Part shown: one piece after another, positions 28,975-37,265 of the stretch
Numbering within the stretch: position 1 is the stretch's first letter
Layout: every line of letters starts with the position of its first letter
DNA from: a virus
Lineage: Duplodnaviria > Caudoviricetes
IMG/VR virus record: IMGVR_UViG_3300042997_000575
Location: 1,993-65,992 of that record
Reading direction: 5' to 3' (one strand)
Length of the DNA: 64,000 nucleotides
Notes under the pieces: model-generated
What the model was told of the DNA's origin: nothing
The model's input: the letters and a program-made list of their open reading frames with translations, nothing else
Database searches by the model: none
Program-made: the position numbers and the translations under genes

Positions 28975-29250
28975 TTATATTATATTTAAACTATGATATC
29001 TTTTTAAATAATCTATTAATTTTAATTTTGTCGGGTATTGATTTGCTCCGGTAACTTCTACCAAAATTTGCCCGTCTTCGAGTTGATCAACTTGACAATA
29101 ATAGGGCACTTTATCCGGTTCAATAATGTAATATAGCGTCTCTTTACCACGTGTCCAACAATGTTTTAATTCAGCATTTTTTAACTCGATTTTAAATGGT
29201 TCCCCGAATACGTCAAGGCCCTCATTATATAGTTTTTCTTTCACTATCAT
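28975..29250 (-). CDS. Hypothetical early protein
   Basis: 91 aa, tandem array. Confidence 0.6.
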   Translation of the reverse strand: MIVKEKLYNEGLDVFGEPFKIELKNAELKHCWTRGKETLYYIIEPDKVPYYCQVDQLEDGQILVEVTGANQYPTKLKLIDYLKRYHSLNII

Positions 29251-29291
29251 AATAATTTAGTTTAGTGGGGCCCGTTAAGGCCCCGATTAGA

Positions 29292-29486
29292 TTAATAATT
29301 AAATTCTATTTTGTCAAGTTTTAAATTAAATTCACTTTCTAAACTTGTAATTGTTTCAGATACCCATTCATCGGGTTCTAAATTACGGGCCCTTTGTTGA
29401 GCTCCTCGCATGGACTTAGCGGTAATTATTGCAGTAAAAATAATTTCGCTATAAATGTTTTTGTAGGTCAATCGGTATTTTCTCAT
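29292..29486 (-). CDS. Hypothetical early protein
   Basis: 64 aa, tandem array. Confidence 0.6.
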   Translation of the reverse strand: MRKYRLTYKNIYSEIIFTAIITAKSMRGAQQRARNLEPDEWVSETITSLESEFNLKLDKIEFNY

Positions 29487-29487
29487 A

Positions 29488-30159
29488 TTAATGAATTTTA
29501 ATTTTAACGCTCTTTGCTTTACTTGTTGTACCCATACATAGCCTACAATTTTCGCACGTAGATTTACGGCCTGCTTCTTTACTTGCAGGACACGTCACGT
29601 TTTCGCTTGCCGTCGGATTCCCTGCATAAAATGTACGCCACCCCATATTTTTTGCGGTCTTATCGATCAAATCATTTTCCACGCTTGCCATAAAATATTT
29701 TTTGGCCCATGGATTTTTGTGCCATTCGTGGGTATAGCCCGTCCAAAAATCTACTTTTTCAGATATCTTTTTAACTAGATCTTCACCTAATAAAACGGGC
29801 TCCCCATAGGATCCAAAACGCAAAGGTTTGTTTTCTAGCTTTTTTAATAGCGTCGCTTCAATTTCGGCCGTCAAAAATGGGATGCTTGCCGATCCTTTAC
29901 GGCGTAAACTTTTGACCTTTCCAATTAGGCCCCGTAGGCCGTTTCCTTTAGTTACGTAGCAATCATTTTGATTATCTTTATTATGCACGCAATCAAAACA
30001 AATAGCCTTATCGGATAGCTTTTTTATATCGCCGTCCGTTTCTATCCACGAAGTAGGGATAAAATAATTTTGGATCATTGCACCCGTTTTTTTGTTGGAC
30101 GTTTTGAATTGAAAATTAACAATTACGTCCGCATTGATTTTAAAAAATAAGTTTTCCAT
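29488..30159 (-). CDS. Cys-rich, possibly Fe-S / radical-SAM-like early protein
   Basis: SNKKTG...ICFDCVH...CYV...RFGSYGEP...GYTHEW...MASV...CPAS...CENCRLC. Confidence 0.55.
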   Translation of the reverse strand: MENLFFKINADVIVNFQFKTSNKKTGAMIQNYFIPTSWIETDGDIKKLSDKAICFDCVHNKDNQNDCYVTKGNGLRGLIGKVKSLRRKGSASIPFLTAEIEATLLKKLENKPLRFGSYGEPVLLGEDLVKKISEKVDFWTGYTHEWHKNPWAKKYFMASVENDLIDKTAKNMGWRTFYAGNPTASENVTCPASKEAGRKSTCENCRLCMGTTSKAKSVKIKIH

Positions 30160-30180
30160 GATTAGTTTTATTTAAATTGT

Positions 30181-30480
30181 TTATTTTAATGCTTTTTTGA
30201 ATGCTCTTAATATTACGGATAGATCATATTTTAAATTCTCTAAATTGTATTCATTATTAGCTTTATACGTTTCCTCGTTTATATAGTTATGGCCGTATTT
30301 TTGATTTTTGGCCTTTATAGTTATTTTGAACCCGTTTATTTGTATTGGATCAATATTAATAATATAAGGCCACGTGCCACCTGCATAAGTATAAACGTGG
30401 TTTTCTAAATTGTCAACTTGTGGAAGCATAGCGTTAATTTCAGCTATTCTGTTTTCGATTTGTTTAGGTAGTTTCTTCAT
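30181..30480 (-). CDS. Hypothetical early protein (first gene of the leftward block)
   Basis: 99 aa, TAGTTTTG box upstream. Confidence 0.65.
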   Translation of the reverse strand: MKKLPKQIENRIAEINAMLPQVDNLENHVYTYAGGTWPYIINIDPIQINGFKITIKAKNQKYGHNYINEETYKANNEYNLENLKYDLSVILRAFKKALK

Positions 30481-30546
30481 AATTTGTTTTTTTAAAGTCT
30501 ATTACTCTAGTAGATTAGTGGGGTTTAGCCCGTTTTTTTTGATTTT

Positions 30547-30554
30547 CAAAACTA
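30547..30554 (-). promoter_or_regulatory. Bacteroidota -7 box (TAGTTTTG), candidate early promoter
   Basis: Minus-strand TAnnTTTG upstream of the leftward early array. Confidence 0.45.
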
Positions 30555-31014
30555 GGTATTTTATTTTAATTGTGCAAATCATGTTCATAACTTTTTTTAA
30601 ATATTGCCAAAAATCTACGTTTACGGCTTGCATTGGCCATTTTTATTGTCAAAATATTTTCTTCATTTGTTGGTCTTTTTTGGGAAAAACTTAAAATGGG
30701 GGTGAAATTAGGACAATGGGAACCAAAGAAGCTCGCACGCTTTACGTTTTTTTTGGTCCGTTTAAATATTTATTTATTCGCTTTGCAATTGATCCGCAGG
30801 ACCTGAAGCATTGGACCGAATGAATGTAGCAATTACCAAACCAATTAGCAGGCCGTCGGCCCGTCGTCGGATCCACTCAGGAAAAAGCCAAAAAATCTAA
30901 AGCAAATTTTCCAAATCCGACCCCCCCCATGATCAGATCGCCGGTTTTCCTTTTGGGTCCGGTTGGGCAAAATGCTATGGTTATCCCCAACCCATATTTT
31001 TCTAATAAATTTTT

Positions 31015-31022
31015 TAACTTTG
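31015..31022 (+). promoter_or_regulatory. Bacteroidota -7 box (TAACTTTG)
   Basis: 20 nt upstream of the ATG at 31043. Confidence 0.6.
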
Positions 31023-31042
31023 CGTATAAACAAATAACAAAA

Positions 31043-31189
31043 ATGGCAAAAGGTAAAATGATTTCAGAGTATGGCGGTAAAGAAAAGTACACGTCTAAAA
31101 AGCAAGAAGTAAAACATGAGAAGGCTGAAGGCAAGAAGGTAGAGAAGATGGAGAAGAAGGGTGTATTTCCTAAGATGAAGAAGAAGTAG
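31043..31189 (+). CDS. Small Lys-rich protein (MAKGKM..., 48 aa)
   Basis: A-rich leader and promoter box; start revised from 30929. Confidence 0.65.
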   Translation: MAKGKMISEYGGKEKYTSKKQEVKHEKAEGKKVEKMEKKGVFPKMKKK

Positions 31190-31191
31190 GC

Positions 31192-31320
31192 ATGGCGAAG
31201 GCGAAATCATCGGAGGCTTCTAAAAAGATTTCCTTTGGTAAAAAGAGTACGGGCAAACATAAAAAAAGGTTCGGACCTAAAGAACAAAAACCCAAAAAGT
31301 ATCGGGGACAAGGGAGATAA
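31192..31320 (+). CDS. Small Lys-rich protein (MAKAKS...KKYRGQGR, 42 aa)
   Basis: Translated by hand; below the ORF-track cutoff; followed by a terminator. Confidence 0.65.
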   Translation: MAKAKSSEASKKISFGKKSTGKHKKRFGPKEQKPKKYRGQGR

Positions 31321-31324
31321 ATTA

Positions 31325-31353
31325 AGGACTTGGCTTAGCCAGGTCTTTTTTTT
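31325..31353 (+). terminator. Intrinsic terminator
   Basis: AGGACTTGGC-tta-GCCAGGTCTT stem with G-U pairs, followed by a T-run. Confidence 0.7.
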
Positions 31354-31469
31354 GGCTTAAAAAGTATAGGATTATTTCAAGATGAATTGGATTATTTGTA
31401 AAGTTGTACATTTTGTACACTACTTTTTACTAAAGTTTACATAAAGTTTACATTTATAACTTATTGATT

Positions 31470-31491
31470 ATTAATAAGTTAACTTATTAAT
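31470..31491. repeat. Perfect 22-bp palindrome
   Basis: ATTAATAAGTT|AACTTATTAAT, overlapping a second inverted repeat AACTTATT-7nt-AATAAGTT (31458-31480). Confidence 0.85.
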
Positions 31492-31497
31492 TATTAA

Positions 31498-31573
31498 TTT
31501 ATGTAAAAAGTGTACAAAATATAAAGGAAAATAGAAAAAAATTTTTTTTTTATAAAATCATAAAATATATATA
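31498..31573. repeat. Origin-like AT-rich element, copy B
   Basis: TTTATGTAaAAAGTGTACAAAATA...GGAAAATAGAAAAAA TTTT...ATAAAATATATATA aligns with 22951-23025. Confidence 0.6.
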
Positions 31574-31681
31574 GTCGTAATTCGGCAAAAAAGTTTGCAT
31601 AAGTACATAACATTATTTTTGATTTGAATATTGTTTGGCATACAAATTGTAATTAGATTTGTAACAATAATTAAATTCAAT

Positions 31682-33235
31682 ATGATAGTTAAGGATATTC
31701 TATTTGGCGACAATGGTCGCAGTAAATTAATCAAGGGTGTCAACACGATAGCGGATGCGGTTGGCTCAACCTTAGGGGCTCGTGGTCGTACGGTGCTCAT
31801 TGAATCGGAGAATCATATCGGTGGCATCACAGTAACCAAGGATGGGGTGACAGTGGCCAAGGCCATTAATCTTATGGACCCGGCGGAGAACCTAGCGGTG
31901 ATGATCATGAGGGAGGCATCAGAGAAGACTGCCACATCGGCAGGCGATGGGACAACGACAAGTATGGTGCTGGCACAGGCCATTATTCATTCGGCTATGG
32001 GCATCATCGATGAGAAGGACAACCTAACACATGTGCTACGTGAGATACAAGATGCATGCAACAAAGTAATGACCGAGCTAGATAGCATGTCGACCGTCAT
32101 AACAGACAAGGAGCTGGAGGCGGTGGCGACAATCTCAGCCAATGGGGACAAACAGACGGGGGCCATTATAGCCGATGCATATAGTAAGGTGGGGCTCACA
32201 GGCGTGGTGAGCGTTGAGCCATCGGCCGATGCGGTGACATACTCAGATATTATAAGTGGGATGAAGGTGGACAGGGGGTTCACGAGTAAGTATTTTGTTA
32301 CAGACCACAAGAAGCAAGAGGCCATATTAGACAAGCCATATATCTTGGTGACAGATCAGCCAATCGGGCATATTAACGACATACTAACTATACTAGAGTT
32401 TATATATGAGGGAGGGCGTAACAGCAGCTCATTGCTTATCATTGGGGAGATAGAGGAGAACGCACTAAATGCTCTGAACACAAATAAGATAAAGTCTAAG
32501 TTAAAGGTCTGCTCAATCATCCCTCCTCAGTTTGGCTACAAGAGACATCAGTTGATGCAGGACATAGCGACAGCTACAGGGGCTAAGTATTTTAGCGAGC
32601 AGACAGGCGACAACTTACAGATGCTAACTATGGACGACCTTGGCAGGGCCGAGAAAGTAATATCAGGGCGGTTCAACACATTAGTGTTCGGACCAGGGGG
32701 TGACGTGGAGGCTAGGACCCAGGAGCTGCAAGAGCAGTTAAACGTGGAGACGAGCCCACATGAGAAAGACTTCTTAAAAGAAAGAGTTGCAAACCTAGGC
32801 GGTGGGGTGGCTGTCATATATGTGGGGGCTCAGTCAGACATTGAGCAGAAGGAGAAGAGGGACAGAGTAGATGATGCGGTGTGTGCGGTGAGAGCTGCAC
32901 TAGAGCAGGGCATACTGCCCGGCGGAGGCGTGGCCCTAAAGGACACGGCACTAGCGATGAGCACAGAGACTAAAGGGTCACAGATATTAAGTTATGCGAT
33001 GCTGTCACCAATGGCTAAGATACTTGACAATGCAGGGGCAGACTACACTCAAGTGGCCATTTTATTAAGGGACAAGGGTATCGGCATGGACGTGAGTGAC
33101 ATGAGCATTAGAGACATGATGGAGGCAGGGATTATAGATCCGACCAAGGTGACCAAGGAGGCCCTAAAGAATGCGGTCAGCGTTGCTACAACATTACTAG
33201 GCACACATACAATAATAACAAATGTCAGAGGCTAA
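31682..33235 (+). CDS. groEL: Chaperonin GroEL (phage-encoded)
   Basis: VGSTLGARGRTV, TKDGVTVAK, AGDGTTT, LGGGVAVI, RVDDA, PGGG, GIIDPTKV. No GGM tail. Start revised to MIVKDI. Confidence 0.97.
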   Translation: MIVKDILFGDNGRSKLIKGVNTIADAVGSTLGARGRTVLIESENHIGGITVTKDGVTVAKAINLMDPAENLAVMIMREASEKTATSAGDGTTTSMVLAQAIIHSAMGIIDEKDNLTHVLREIQDACNKVMTELDSMSTVITDKELEAVATISANGDKQTGAIIADAYSKVGLTGVVSVEPSADAVTYSDIISGMKVDRGFTSKYFVTDHKKQEAILDKPYILVTDQPIGHINDILTILEFIYEGGRNSSSLLIIGEIEENALNALNTNKIKSKLKVCSIIPPQFGYKRHQLMQDIATATGAKYFSEQTGDNLQMLTMDDLGRAEKVISGRFNTLVFGPGGDVEARTQELQEQLNVETSPHEKDFLKERVANLGGGVAVIYVGAQSDIEQKEKRDRVDDAVCAVRAALEQGILPGGGVALKDTALAMSTETKGSQILSYAMLSPMAKILDNAGADYTQVAILLRDKGIGMDVSDMSIRDMMEAGIIDPTKVTKEALKNAVSVATTLLGTHTIITNVRG

Positions 33236-33455
33236 ACAAACAGCAACAGAGTGGCTATTCCATAAGTTATGGGACACGCCAAAGGACAAATTTAATTGGT
33301 ATGCTATATTAAAAAAAGCAGAAGAAATGCATGAGGAGCAGATAAAGGATGCATTTACTGATGGATGCATAGGTGAGATGTACGAGCTAAATGCTTATTA
33401 TACTTCCGAAAAATATTATAATAAAACATATGAAAATAACGGCAACAAAAGTTAA
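33222..33455 (+). CDS. Hypothetical protein (KQTAxEWL...EQIxDA...YYNKTY type)
   Basis: Pattern recalled from Bacteroidota phages. Confidence 0.65.
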   Translation: MSEAKQTATEWLFHKLWDTPKDKFNWYAILKKAEEMHEEQIKDAFTDGCIGEMYELNAYYTSEKYYNKTYENNGNKS

Positions 33456-33594
33456 AAAGATTTTAGTCGATAAATACGGATACCGAAATATGCAAGATTT
33501 AGATGAATTTATTTATACTGAATTGATTAAGGATACAATGAAAGTAATTAATGAAATTTTAGTTTCACAAGGTCAAAAACAATTTATAAAATGA
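33430..33594 (+). CDS. Hypothetical protein
   Basis: Start revised to MKITAT; ATGA-coupled to the next gene. Confidence 0.5.
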   Translation: MKITATKVKKILVDKYGYRNMQDLDEFIYTELIKDTMKVINEILVSQGQKQFIK

Positions 33595-33818
33595 TAAAGG
33601 AGAACCAAAACGCTAAGATGACATTAAGTTGTTACGGCATCACTACAACAATTGAGTTTGATCATTCAGACGTAGGGCTAGAAGATTACTTCCATGCCTT
33701 TAAAACATTATTGGTCGGAGCTACATTCTCCGAGAAACAATTTGAGCATTATATCATAGACGAGGCGGAGACATACGCTGAGATGTCACCTGAGAATAAG
33801 AGTAATTTATTTCCATAA
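33591..33818 (+). CDS. Hypothetical protein
   Basis: 75 aa ORF. Confidence 0.55.
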   Translation: MIKENQNAKMTLSCYGITTTIEFDHSDVGLEDYFHAFKTLLVGATFSEKQFEHYIIDEAETYAEMSPENKSNLFP

Positions 33819-34034
33819 CATTAAACATATTTTACAAATGTGAACAAAGTGTAAAATATAATTAACATTAAGTGTAAGTTAAAATGATGGAGAAATCCGA
33901 CATTAAATATTATTATGTCACATAATGAGGGTAAAATCCGACATCTGGTGTAACAAAACTAGGTGCAATTAAAAAATAATGAGTGCAAATTATCAAAAGT
34001 TTAAAAAAATGCGAGTTTTAAAACAAAAAATAAA

Positions 34035-34292
34035 ATGAAATTAATTGGACTAAACATTTTAATCGTACCTCAAGAAGAGGAGACAAAGTCAAAAGGTGGG
34101 CTGTTAATGACAGCCTCAGACACTAAAGAGTTAAGATACAAGAAAGCCACGGTGGTTAGCGTAGGCAACCTAGTGGAGGGCGTGCAACCGGGTAACTTTA
34201 TTTACTTTGACAAGGCCGCAGGCCACGCCATTCGAATCAATGAGGACCTATATACGGTCATTACAATTCGGGACGTTGTTGTCGTTCTTTAA
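34035..34292 (+). CDS. groES: Co-chaperonin GroES
   Basis: EEETKSKGGLLM mobile loop, VVSVG, PGNFIYFDK, DVVVVL. Confidence 0.9.
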   Translation: MKLIGLNILIVPQEEETKSKGGLLMTASDTKELRYKKATVVSVGNLVEGVQPGNFIYFDKAAGHAIRINEDLYTVITIRDVVVVL

Positions 34293-34749
34293 AATCTTCA
34301 TTGGCCCTCCTTGCTACTCTATTGAACTGACGTTCGGAGTACCGGGTGGGCCTTTTGATTTCAGTAATAGGCTTCTCGCCTAAAAGTCTAGCGTATACAT
34401 CACGCATGATGGCTCTGCCTGTGTGAGAAAGCTCATACATGGGTACAGTCCGCACAGTTCCTTTCCTAAAAACAGAGATAAGTCCCATATCTATCATGTC
34501 CTTACGCTTCTTAGGGGCAAAGCCAAGTATTTGATTGTACTTCTCGATAGATTTCACGTTAAAAATACCTTCTGAGTGCAGAAAGCAAAGCATATCAAAG
34601 TAAGGTGCTGAGAGTTTATAATGTCTAAGCACATATTTGCGTACAAGCCCTATATATTTTAGAAAATCATGCTCAATGGGCATGCGTGTAACGGGAGGAT
34701 ACTTCTTCGGTCGGTAGACCTTAGGCATCATATAAGTTTTAATTGCCAT
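34261..34749 (-). CDS. Winged-helix (MarR-like) DNA-binding protein
   Basis: Helical core followed by LISVFRKG...MYELSHTGR wing. Lone reverse gene with its own promoter box. Confidence 0.55.
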   Translation of the reverse strand: MAIKTYMMPKVYRPKKYPPVTRMPIEHDFLKYIGLVRKYVLRHYKLSAPYFDMLCFLHSEGIFNVKSIEKYNQILGFAPKKRKDMIDMGLISVFRKGTVRTVPMYELSHTGRAIMRDVYARLLGEKPITEIKRPTRYSERQFNRVARRANEDFKERQQRPEL

Positions 34750-34764
34750 TCAATTATATTTTTA

Positions 34765-34782
34765 CAAATTTAGTTATATTTG
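34765..34782. promoter_or_regulatory. Back-to-back divergent -7 boxes
   Basis: Minus TAAATTTG (34765-34772) and plus TATATTTG (34775-34782) between the wHTH gene and the basic-protein operon. Confidence 0.65.
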
Positions 34783-34805
34783 CCTAAATTTTAAATAATA
34801 AAGTA

Positions 34806-35219
34806 ATGGCTGATAAATTAAAGAAGTCTGCATCTAAATATATCGCTCCTAAAAAAGAAGCGAAAAAAATTAACACATTTGGTGCAAAGACATCATCTGA
34901 CTTAAAGTCTAAGAGAGACTCAGTTAGAAATGTTGCAAATGAGAACGCTGAGAAATCTCGTTATGCATTTACTAGTATGACTGGCAATCAAGGATCAAAC
35001 CTTGCTAATGCAACAAAGGCATCTAGTAGGTATGATAGGATGTCAAGCGATGCTGACTATTTAGCAAACAGAATGAACAATTCTGTTAAGCCAATGATGA
35101 TGCAAGAAGCTTCAAATGCAGCAAGAGCACAAGTTGGGAAATTAAGCATGGCTCCTATAGATGCTACAGGGGTTTCAAGAATATCAGTTCCATTAGCAGA
35201 AACTCAATTTAACAAATAA
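34806..35219 (+). CDS. Small basic protein with C-terminal PLAETQF motif
   Basis: Lys/Ala/Ser-rich, ends SVPLAETQFNK. Confidence 0.75.
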   Translation: MADKLKKSASKYIAPKKEAKKINTFGAKTSSDLKSKRDSVRNVANENAEKSRYAFTSMTGNQGSNLANATKASSRYDRMSSDADYLANRMNNSVKPMMMQEASNAARAQVGKLSMAPIDATGVSRISVPLAETQFNK

Positions 35220-35220
35220 T

Positions 35221-35676
35221 ATGGCAAAGCAAAAACTAGAAACATTAAAACCAATGGCAGTCAAAAAGATGCCAGTAAATATACCTGCAATGCAAGCTCC
35301 TATTAGGGGATATGTAGGTAAAAGCGGAAGCACATTATCCGATGTACAAGTAAAGTCTAAATCATCCGTTCCAAGAGCAGTTTACGAAAAGTCAAAAGAT
35401 TTTTATGGTGGCAGTCCATTAGGAGCTAGTAAGATGAAAAGTGGATTAGGTAAATCTATTGCTAAAGCAGGAGAAGGTATATTAAAAGCCGCAGGTTCTA
35501 TTCCTATGGTTGCTCAAGGAGCATTAGAAACTGCTTATTCTGGAGTTAGAAATGCTTTAGGAAAAGGTGGCTACTCAAACAAAAGATTAAACAAGGGAGA
35601 TATTGAATATCAATCTAAAAAAAGTTTAGTAAGAGACTCATCTATTCCATTAGCACAAACTCAATTCAATGATTAA
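35221..35676 (+). CDS. Small basic protein with C-terminal RDSSIPLAQTQF motif
   Basis: Starts MAKQK; Lys/Gly-rich. Confidence 0.75.
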   Translation: MAKQKLETLKPMAVKKMPVNIPAMQAPIRGYVGKSGSTLSDVQVKSKSSVPRAVYEKSKDFYGGSPLGASKMKSGLGKSIAKAGEGILKAAGSIPMVAQGALETAYSGVRNALGKGGYSNKRLNKGDIEYQSKKSLVRDSSIPLAQTQFND

Positions 35677-35677
35677 T

Positions 35678-36043
35678 ATGGCAAAGATGAAACCAGGGCA
35701 GGTATCTGCTAAACGTGCTTACGAGATTTCTGATTCTTTGATGAGTAATTCTAATAGATTAAAAAAAGCTGCTTATCCTCAAATTCAAATCGGTAAGGGT
35801 GCTATAAGAAATAAAGTTGGAGGTAAGCAATTGCGTGCTGATTATGGTGATATTAAAAACTTAGGTAAAACTTTAAGTGGAAAAGATAGACTTAATATTG
35901 GTCAAAATTTGCTTAAAAAAGCATCTGCTGATTCAACTAAATCTGTAATGTTAAAATCACGTGCTGATGCTGCAATGAGTAAAGCAAATAGAGACTATCC
36001 ATTATCAGAAAGCCCAAATCCAACTTTTAAAAATCAAAAATAA
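35678..36043 (+). CDS. Small basic protein with C-terminal RDYPLSE...TF variant
   Basis: Starts MAKMK (alternative start 35669). Confidence 0.7.
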   Translation: MAKMKPGQVSAKRAYEISDSLMSNSNRLKKAAYPQIQIGKGAIRNKVGGKQLRADYGDIKNLGKTLSGKDRLNIGQNLLKKASADSTKSVMLKSRADAAMSKANRDYPLSESPNPTFKNQK

Positions 36044-36183
36044 TGGCAAAGCAAGAAAAAACACCGATGACTCGTCCAATGCCCCCTCAAATGATGGGCA
36101 TTAGTAAAATAGTAGCAGCATCTAAAGCAATCAACCTAGTTAAGACGGTTGGAGCAGCTAAGATGGCTAAAAAAATGTGCTAA
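36043..36183 (+). CDS. Small basic protein (MAKQEKTPM..., 46 aa)
   Basis: Hand-translated; TAATG overlap with the upstream stop. Confidence 0.6.
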   Translation: MAKQEKTPMTRPMPPQMMGISKIVAASKAINLVKTVGAAKMAKKMC

Positions 36184-36184
36184 C

Positions 36185-36391
36185 ATGGAGGGCCTAGGAG
36201 ATTTAGTTGCTAAAGTTACCGAGGTAACAGGCATCAAGGCTGTGGTAGAGGCAGTAGCAGGGAAAGACTGTGGCTGTGCTCAACGCCAAGCTAAGTTGAA
36301 CGACATGTTCCCTTTTAATACGCCTAAGCATCAGCAGTACATTGACAAAATGAACAATGCGAGACAACAAGAAACTAACCCTGTTGGGTAA
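36185..36391 (+). CDS. Conserved phage protein with GLGD...TGIK...DCGC motif
   Basis: Start revised to MEGLGD; motif recalled from Bacteroidota phages. Confidence 0.7.
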   Translation: MEGLGDLVAKVTEVTGIKAVVEAVAGKDCGCAQRQAKLNDMFPFNTPKHQQYIDKMNNARQQETNPVG

Positions 36392-36424
36392 GACGTTAAT
36401 TAGATTAATTCTAAATAGATATAA

Positions 36425-36868
36425 ATGAAGGTATTAGTTAAAAATATTAGGCATTACGACATGGGTGATTATATACTAGTCATTGGCAATGATGCGACTG
36501 ATATTTTTAAGCATTACAATGTCTCCGAGATGCATGGCCTTAATATCTTAGATGCACAAGCAGAAGAGGTGGACAAGACAAAGGGTAATGGCGTTTATAT
36601 CTATGGGCTTACAAATTATGACCCAGCAGATAAAAAGTTAACAGCCAAAGCTCCTTACAAGCCTTTTATTTTTTTAAACATGGGGACATTTAAAAAATAC
36701 TCCCTTACCGAGCAAGCAACGGCTGTTATGCATGAGACTATGCACATGGGTATTTTGTTGAACAAGTGGAATATAAAAGATAAGGAGGAAGAAGTTATTG
36801 GGACTGCTGAAGAGGAGGCTAATAAAATAATTGCAAAATTAAAAGGACTTAATTTGTTAAAGAAATAA
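36425..36868 (+). CDS. Putative zinc metallopeptidase
   Basis: HETMH (HExxH) with downstream acidic residues (EEEVI...EEE). Confidence 0.55.
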   Translation: MKVLVKNIRHYDMGDYILVIGNDATDIFKHYNVSEMHGLNILDAQAEEVDKTKGNGVYIYGLTNYDPADKKLTAKAPYKPFIFLNMGTFKKYSLTEQATAVMHETMHMGILLNKWNIKDKEEEVIGTAEEEANKIIAKLKGLNLLKK

Positions 36869-37137
36869 TGGCAACACCAGCTTGGACAAGGTCAGAAGGA
36901 AAAAACAAATCGGGAGGGCTTAACGCTAAAGGCGTAGCTTCATATAGACGTGCAAACCCTGGAAGTAAATTACAAACAGCGGTGACCACTCCTCCTTCAA
37001 AATTAAAAGCAGGCAGTAAAGATGCTGCCAGACGTAAGTCTTTTTGTGCAAGGATGTCCGGCGTGGATGGACCAATGAAAAAGCCAAATGGCGAACCAAC
37101 AAGAAAAGCACTAGCACTAAGAAAATGGAACTGTTAA
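36868..37137 (+). CDS. Conserved basic phage protein (DUF6321-like)
   Basis: AWTRSEGKNxxGGLNAKG...RRKSFCARMSG...ALRKWNC. Confidence 0.75.
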   Translation: MATPAWTRSEGKNKSGGLNAKGVASYRRANPGSKLQTAVTTPPSKLKAGSKDAARRKSFCARMSGVDGPMKKPNGEPTRKALALRKWNC

Positions 37138-37265
37138 AAAGAAAAGATGGGTCAAAGTCTCCAAGGGGATTATGGGATAATATCCGTGCCAACAAAGGAA
37201 GCGGAAAGAAGCCAACTAAGGAAATGTTAAAGCAAGAGAAGAAAATTCTTGCCAAGAAGAAATAA
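37125..37265 (+). CDS. Small basic protein (GLWDNIRA...KPTK)
   Basis: Start revised to MELLKRK; TAATG-coupled. Confidence 0.6.
   Translation: MELLKRKDGSKSPRGLWDNIRANKGSGKKPTKEMLKQEKKILAKKK

Noticed and set aside
30410-31134. ORFs 30410-30694 (+), 30845-31033 (-) and 30877-31134 (-)
   Set aside because: Low-complexity Phe-rich translations, antisense to better-supported genes or spanning the divergence region.
33893-33944. Direct repeat AAATCCGACAT x2 upstream of groES
   Set aside because: Short, and may be decayed small-ORF remnants; too weak to call a regulatory site.
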